Shown here piece by piece: positions 59,886 through 64,000 of a stretch of 64,000 nt of DNA. How positions within the stretch are numbered: position 1 is the stretch's first letter; each line of letters starts with the position of its first letter. A model generated the notes under the pieces. It was given only the letters and a program-made list of their open reading frames with translations. It was not told the origin of the DNA and searched no databases. Origin of the DNA: Nemertoderma westbladi (Eukaryota; Animalia; Xenacoelomorpha); assembly GCA_032718475.1 (NCBI GenBank), contig JAUCBJ010004893.1:186001-250000 (forward strand). The letters run 5' to 3'. Both the position numbers and the translations under genes were made by a program.

Positions 59886-62800
59886 TAGCACCACCATCCG
59901 CGGGACCAACCTGCGAACGGCAGTCACACACTCGTTGTAGCACACACCAAGTCACATACAAATGTAGCCCTAACCCGCGAACGGCAGTCACACACTCGTT
60001 GTAGCACACACCAAGTCACATACAAATGTAGCCCCAACCCGCGAACGGCAGTCACACACTCGTTGTAGCACACACCAAGTCACATACAAATGTAGCACCA
60101 CCATCCGCGGGACCAACCCGCGAACGGCAGTCACACACTCGTTGTAGCACACACCAAGTCACATACAAATGTAGCCCTAACCCGCGAACGGCAGTCACAC
60201 ACTCGTTGTAGCACACACCAAGTCACATACAAATGTAGCCCCAACCCGCGAACGGCAGTCACACACTCGTTGTAGCACACACCAAGACACATACAAATGT
60301 AGCCCCAACCCGCAAACGGCAGTCACACACTCGTTGTAGCACACACCAAGTCACATACAAATGTAGCCCCAACCCGCGAACGGCAGTCACACACTCGTTG
60401 TAGCACACACCAAGTCACATACAAATGTAGCCCTAACCCGCGAACGGCAGTCACACACTCGTTGTAGCACACACCAAGTCACATACAAATGTAGCACCAC
60501 CATCCGCGGGACCAACCCGCGAACGGCAGTCACACACTCGTTGTAGCACACACCAAGTCACATACAAATGTAGCCCTAACCCGCGAACGGCAGTCACACA
60601 CTCGTTGTAGCACACACCAAGTCACATACAAATGTAGCCCCAACCCGCAAACGGCAGTCACACACTCGTTGTAGCACACACCAAGTCACATACAAATGTA
60701 GCCCCAACCCGCGAACGGCAGTCACACACTCGTTGTAGCACACACCAAGTCACATACAAATGTAGCCCCAACCCGCGAACGGCAGTCACACACTCGTTGT
60801 AGCACACACCAAACCAAGTCACATACAAATGTAGCCCCAACCCGCGAACGGCAGTCACACACTCGTTGTAGCACACACCAAGTCACATACAAATGTAGCA
60901 CCACCATCCGCGGGACCAACCCGCGAACGGCAGTCACACACTCGCTGTAGCACACACCAAGTCACATACAAATGTAGCCCCAACCCGCGAACGGCAGTCA
61001 CACACTCGTTGTAGCACACACCAAGTCACATACAAATGTAGCACCACCATCCGCGGGACCAACCCGCGAACGGCAGTCACACACTCGCTGTAGCACACAC
61101 CAAGTCACATACAAATGTAGCCCCAACCCGCGAACGACAGTCACACACTCGTTGTAGCACACACCAAGTCACATACAATTGTAGCCCCAACCAGCGAACG
61201 GAAGTCACACACTCGTTGTAGCACACACCAAGTCACATACAAATGTAGCCCCAACCCGCGAACGGCAGTCACACACTCGTTGTAGCACACACCAAGTCAC
61301 ATACAAATGTAGCACCACCATCCGCGGGACCAACCCGCGAACGGCAGTCACACACTCGCTGTAGCACACACCAAGTCACATACAAATGTAGCCCCAACCC
61401 GCGAACGGCAGTCACACACTCGTTGTAGCACACACCAAGTCACATACAAATGTAGCACCACCATCCGCGGGACCAACCCGCGAACGGCAGTCACACACTC
61501 GTTGTAGCACACACCAAGTCACATACAAATGTAGCCCCAACCCGCGAACGGCAGTCACACACTCGTTGTAGCACACACCAAGTCACATACAAATGTAGCA
61601 CCACCATCCGCGGGACCAACCCGCGAACGGCAGTCACACACTCGTTGTAGCACACACCAAGTCACATACAAATGTAGCCCCAACCCGCGAACGGCAGTCA
61701 CACACGCGTTGTAGCACACACCAAGTCACATACAAATGTAGCACCACCATCCGCGGGACCAACCCGCGAACGGCAGTCACACACTCGTTGTAGCACACAC
61801 CAAGTCACATACAAATGTAGCCCCAACCCGCGAACGGCAGTCACACACTCGTTGTAGCACACACCAAGTCACATACAAATGTAGCACCACCATCCGCGGG
61901 ACCAACCCGTGAACGACAGTCACACACTCGTTGTAGCACACACCAAGTCACATACAAATGTAGCCCCAACCCGCGAACGGCAGTCACACACTCGTTGTAG
62001 CACACACCAAGTCACATACAAATGTAGCACCACCATCAGCGGGACCAACCCGTGAACGACAGTCACATACTCGTTGTAGCACACACCAAGTCACATACAA
62101 ATGTAGCACCACCATCCGCGGGACCAACCCGTGAACGACAGTCACATACTCGTTGTAGCACACACCAAGTCACATACAAACGTAGCCCCAACCCGCGAAC
62201 GGCAGTCACACACTCGTTGTAGCACACACCAAGTCACATACAAATGTAGCCCTAACCCGCGAACGGCAGTCACATACTCGTTGTAGCACACACCAAGTCA
62301 CATACAAATGTAGCACCACCATCCGCGGGACCAACCCGCGAACGGCAGTCACACACTCGTTGTAGCACACACCAAGTCACATACAAATGTAGCCCCAACC
62401 CGCGAACGGCAGTCACACACTCGTTGTAGCACACACCAAGTCACATACAAATGTAGCACCACCATCCGCGGGACCAACCCGCGAACGGCAGTCACACACT
62501 CGTTGTAGCACACACCAAGTCACATACAAATGTAGCCCCAACCCGCGAACGGCAGTCACACACTCGTTGTAGCACACACCAAGTCACATACAAATGTAGC
62601 ACCACCATCCGCAGGACCAACCCGCGAACGGCAGTCACACACTCGCTGTAGCACACACCAAGTCACATACAAATGTAGCCCCAACCCGCGAACGGCAGTC
62701 ACACACTCGTTGTAGCACACACCAAGTCACATACAAATGTAGCTCACCATCCGCGGGACCAACCCGCGAACGGCAGTCACACACTCGTTGTAGCACACAC

Positions 62801-64000
62801 CAAGTCACATACAAATGTAGCCCCAACCCGCGAACGGCAGTCACACACTCGTTGTAGCACACACCAAGTCACATACAAATGTAGCACCACCATCCGCGGG
62901 ACCAACCCGTGAACGACAGTCACACACTCGTTGTAGCACACACCAAGTCACATACAAATGTAGCCCCAACCCGCGAACGGCAGTCACACACTCGTTGTAG
63001 CACACACCAAGTCACATACAAATGTAGCACCACCATCAGCGGGACCAACCCGTGAACGACAGTCACATACTCGTTGTAGCACACACCAAGTCACATACAA
63101 ATGTAGCACCACCATCCGCGGGACCAACCCGTGAACGACAGTCACATACTCGTTGTAGCACACACCAAGTCACATACAAACGTAGCCCCAACCCGCGAAC
63201 GGCAGTCACACACTCGTTGTAGCACACACCAAGTCACATACAAATGTAGCCCTAACCCGCGAACGGCAGTCACATACTCGTTGTAGCACACACCAAGTCA
63301 CATACAAATGTAGCACCACCATCCGCGGGACCAACCCGCGAACGGCAGTCACACACTCGTTGTAGCACACACCAAGTCACATACAAATGTAGCCCCAACC
63401 CGCGAACGGCAGTCACACACTCGTTGTAGCACACACCAAGACACATACAAATGTAGCCCTAACCCGCGAACGGCAGTCACACACTCGTTGTAGCACACAC
63501 CAAGTCACATACAAATGTAGCCCCAACCCGCGAACGGCAGTCACACACTCGTTGTAGCACACACCAAGTCACATACAAATGTAGCCCCAACCCGCGAACG
63601 GCAGTCACACACTCGTTGTAGCACACACCAAGTCACATACAAATGTAGCCCCAACCCGCGAACGGCAGTCACACACTCGTTGTAGCACACACCAAGTCAC
63701 ATACAAATGTAGCACCACCATCCGCGGGACCAACCCGCGAACGGCAGTCACACACTCGTTGTAGCACACACCAAGTCACATACAAATGTAGCCCTAACCC
63801 GCGAACGGCAGTCACACACTCGTTGTAGCACACACCAAGTCACATACAAATGTAGCCCTAACCCGCGAACGGCAGTCACACACTCGTTGTAGCACACACC
63901 AAGTCACATACAAATGTAGCCCTAACCCGCGAACGGCAGTCACACACTCGTTGTAGCACACACCAAGTCACATACAAATGTAGCCCCAACCCGCGAACGG
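59886..64000. repeat. 64/79-bp tandem array, more than 55 copies, running off the window; probably intronic in the otoancorin-like gene
   Basis: Two length variants interspersed; a higher-order duplication with about 1-kb offset (diagnostic CCCGTGAACGACAG blocks near 61900 and 62900). Confidence 0.96.

Overview
AT-rich animal (invertebrate-like) nuclear DNA. Roughly half of the window is tandem arrays with 19-79 bp units, each unrelated to the others. Read by eye with splice sites, the genes are: the last two exons of ERI1 (DEDDh 3'-5' exoribonuclease; +, 1765-4625), a two-exon COX11 (+, 23269-28742), an intronless CARNMT1 (-, 30795-31931), an 859-aa secreted orphan with about 20 acidic 26-aa repeats (-, 42738-45317), and the last six exons of a GPI-anchored otoancorin/stereocilin/mesothelin-family gene (-, 48137-58129). 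Mobile DNA includes four truncated RTE-clade LINE copies, a MULE-type foldback (9-bp TSD), a hAT MITE (8-bp TSD), a Kolobok-like TIR element, DINE-1-like elements and tRNA-derived SINE heads. The main observation is that three arrays are amplified exon-intron junctions. The ERI1 acceptor is repeated 19x and two donors of the otoancorin-like gene 18x and about 123x. The functional site is always the exon-proximal copy. A fourth array, running off the window end, is predicted to be the same. All calls were made by eye without database searches, and most long ORFs in the track are translations of satellites.
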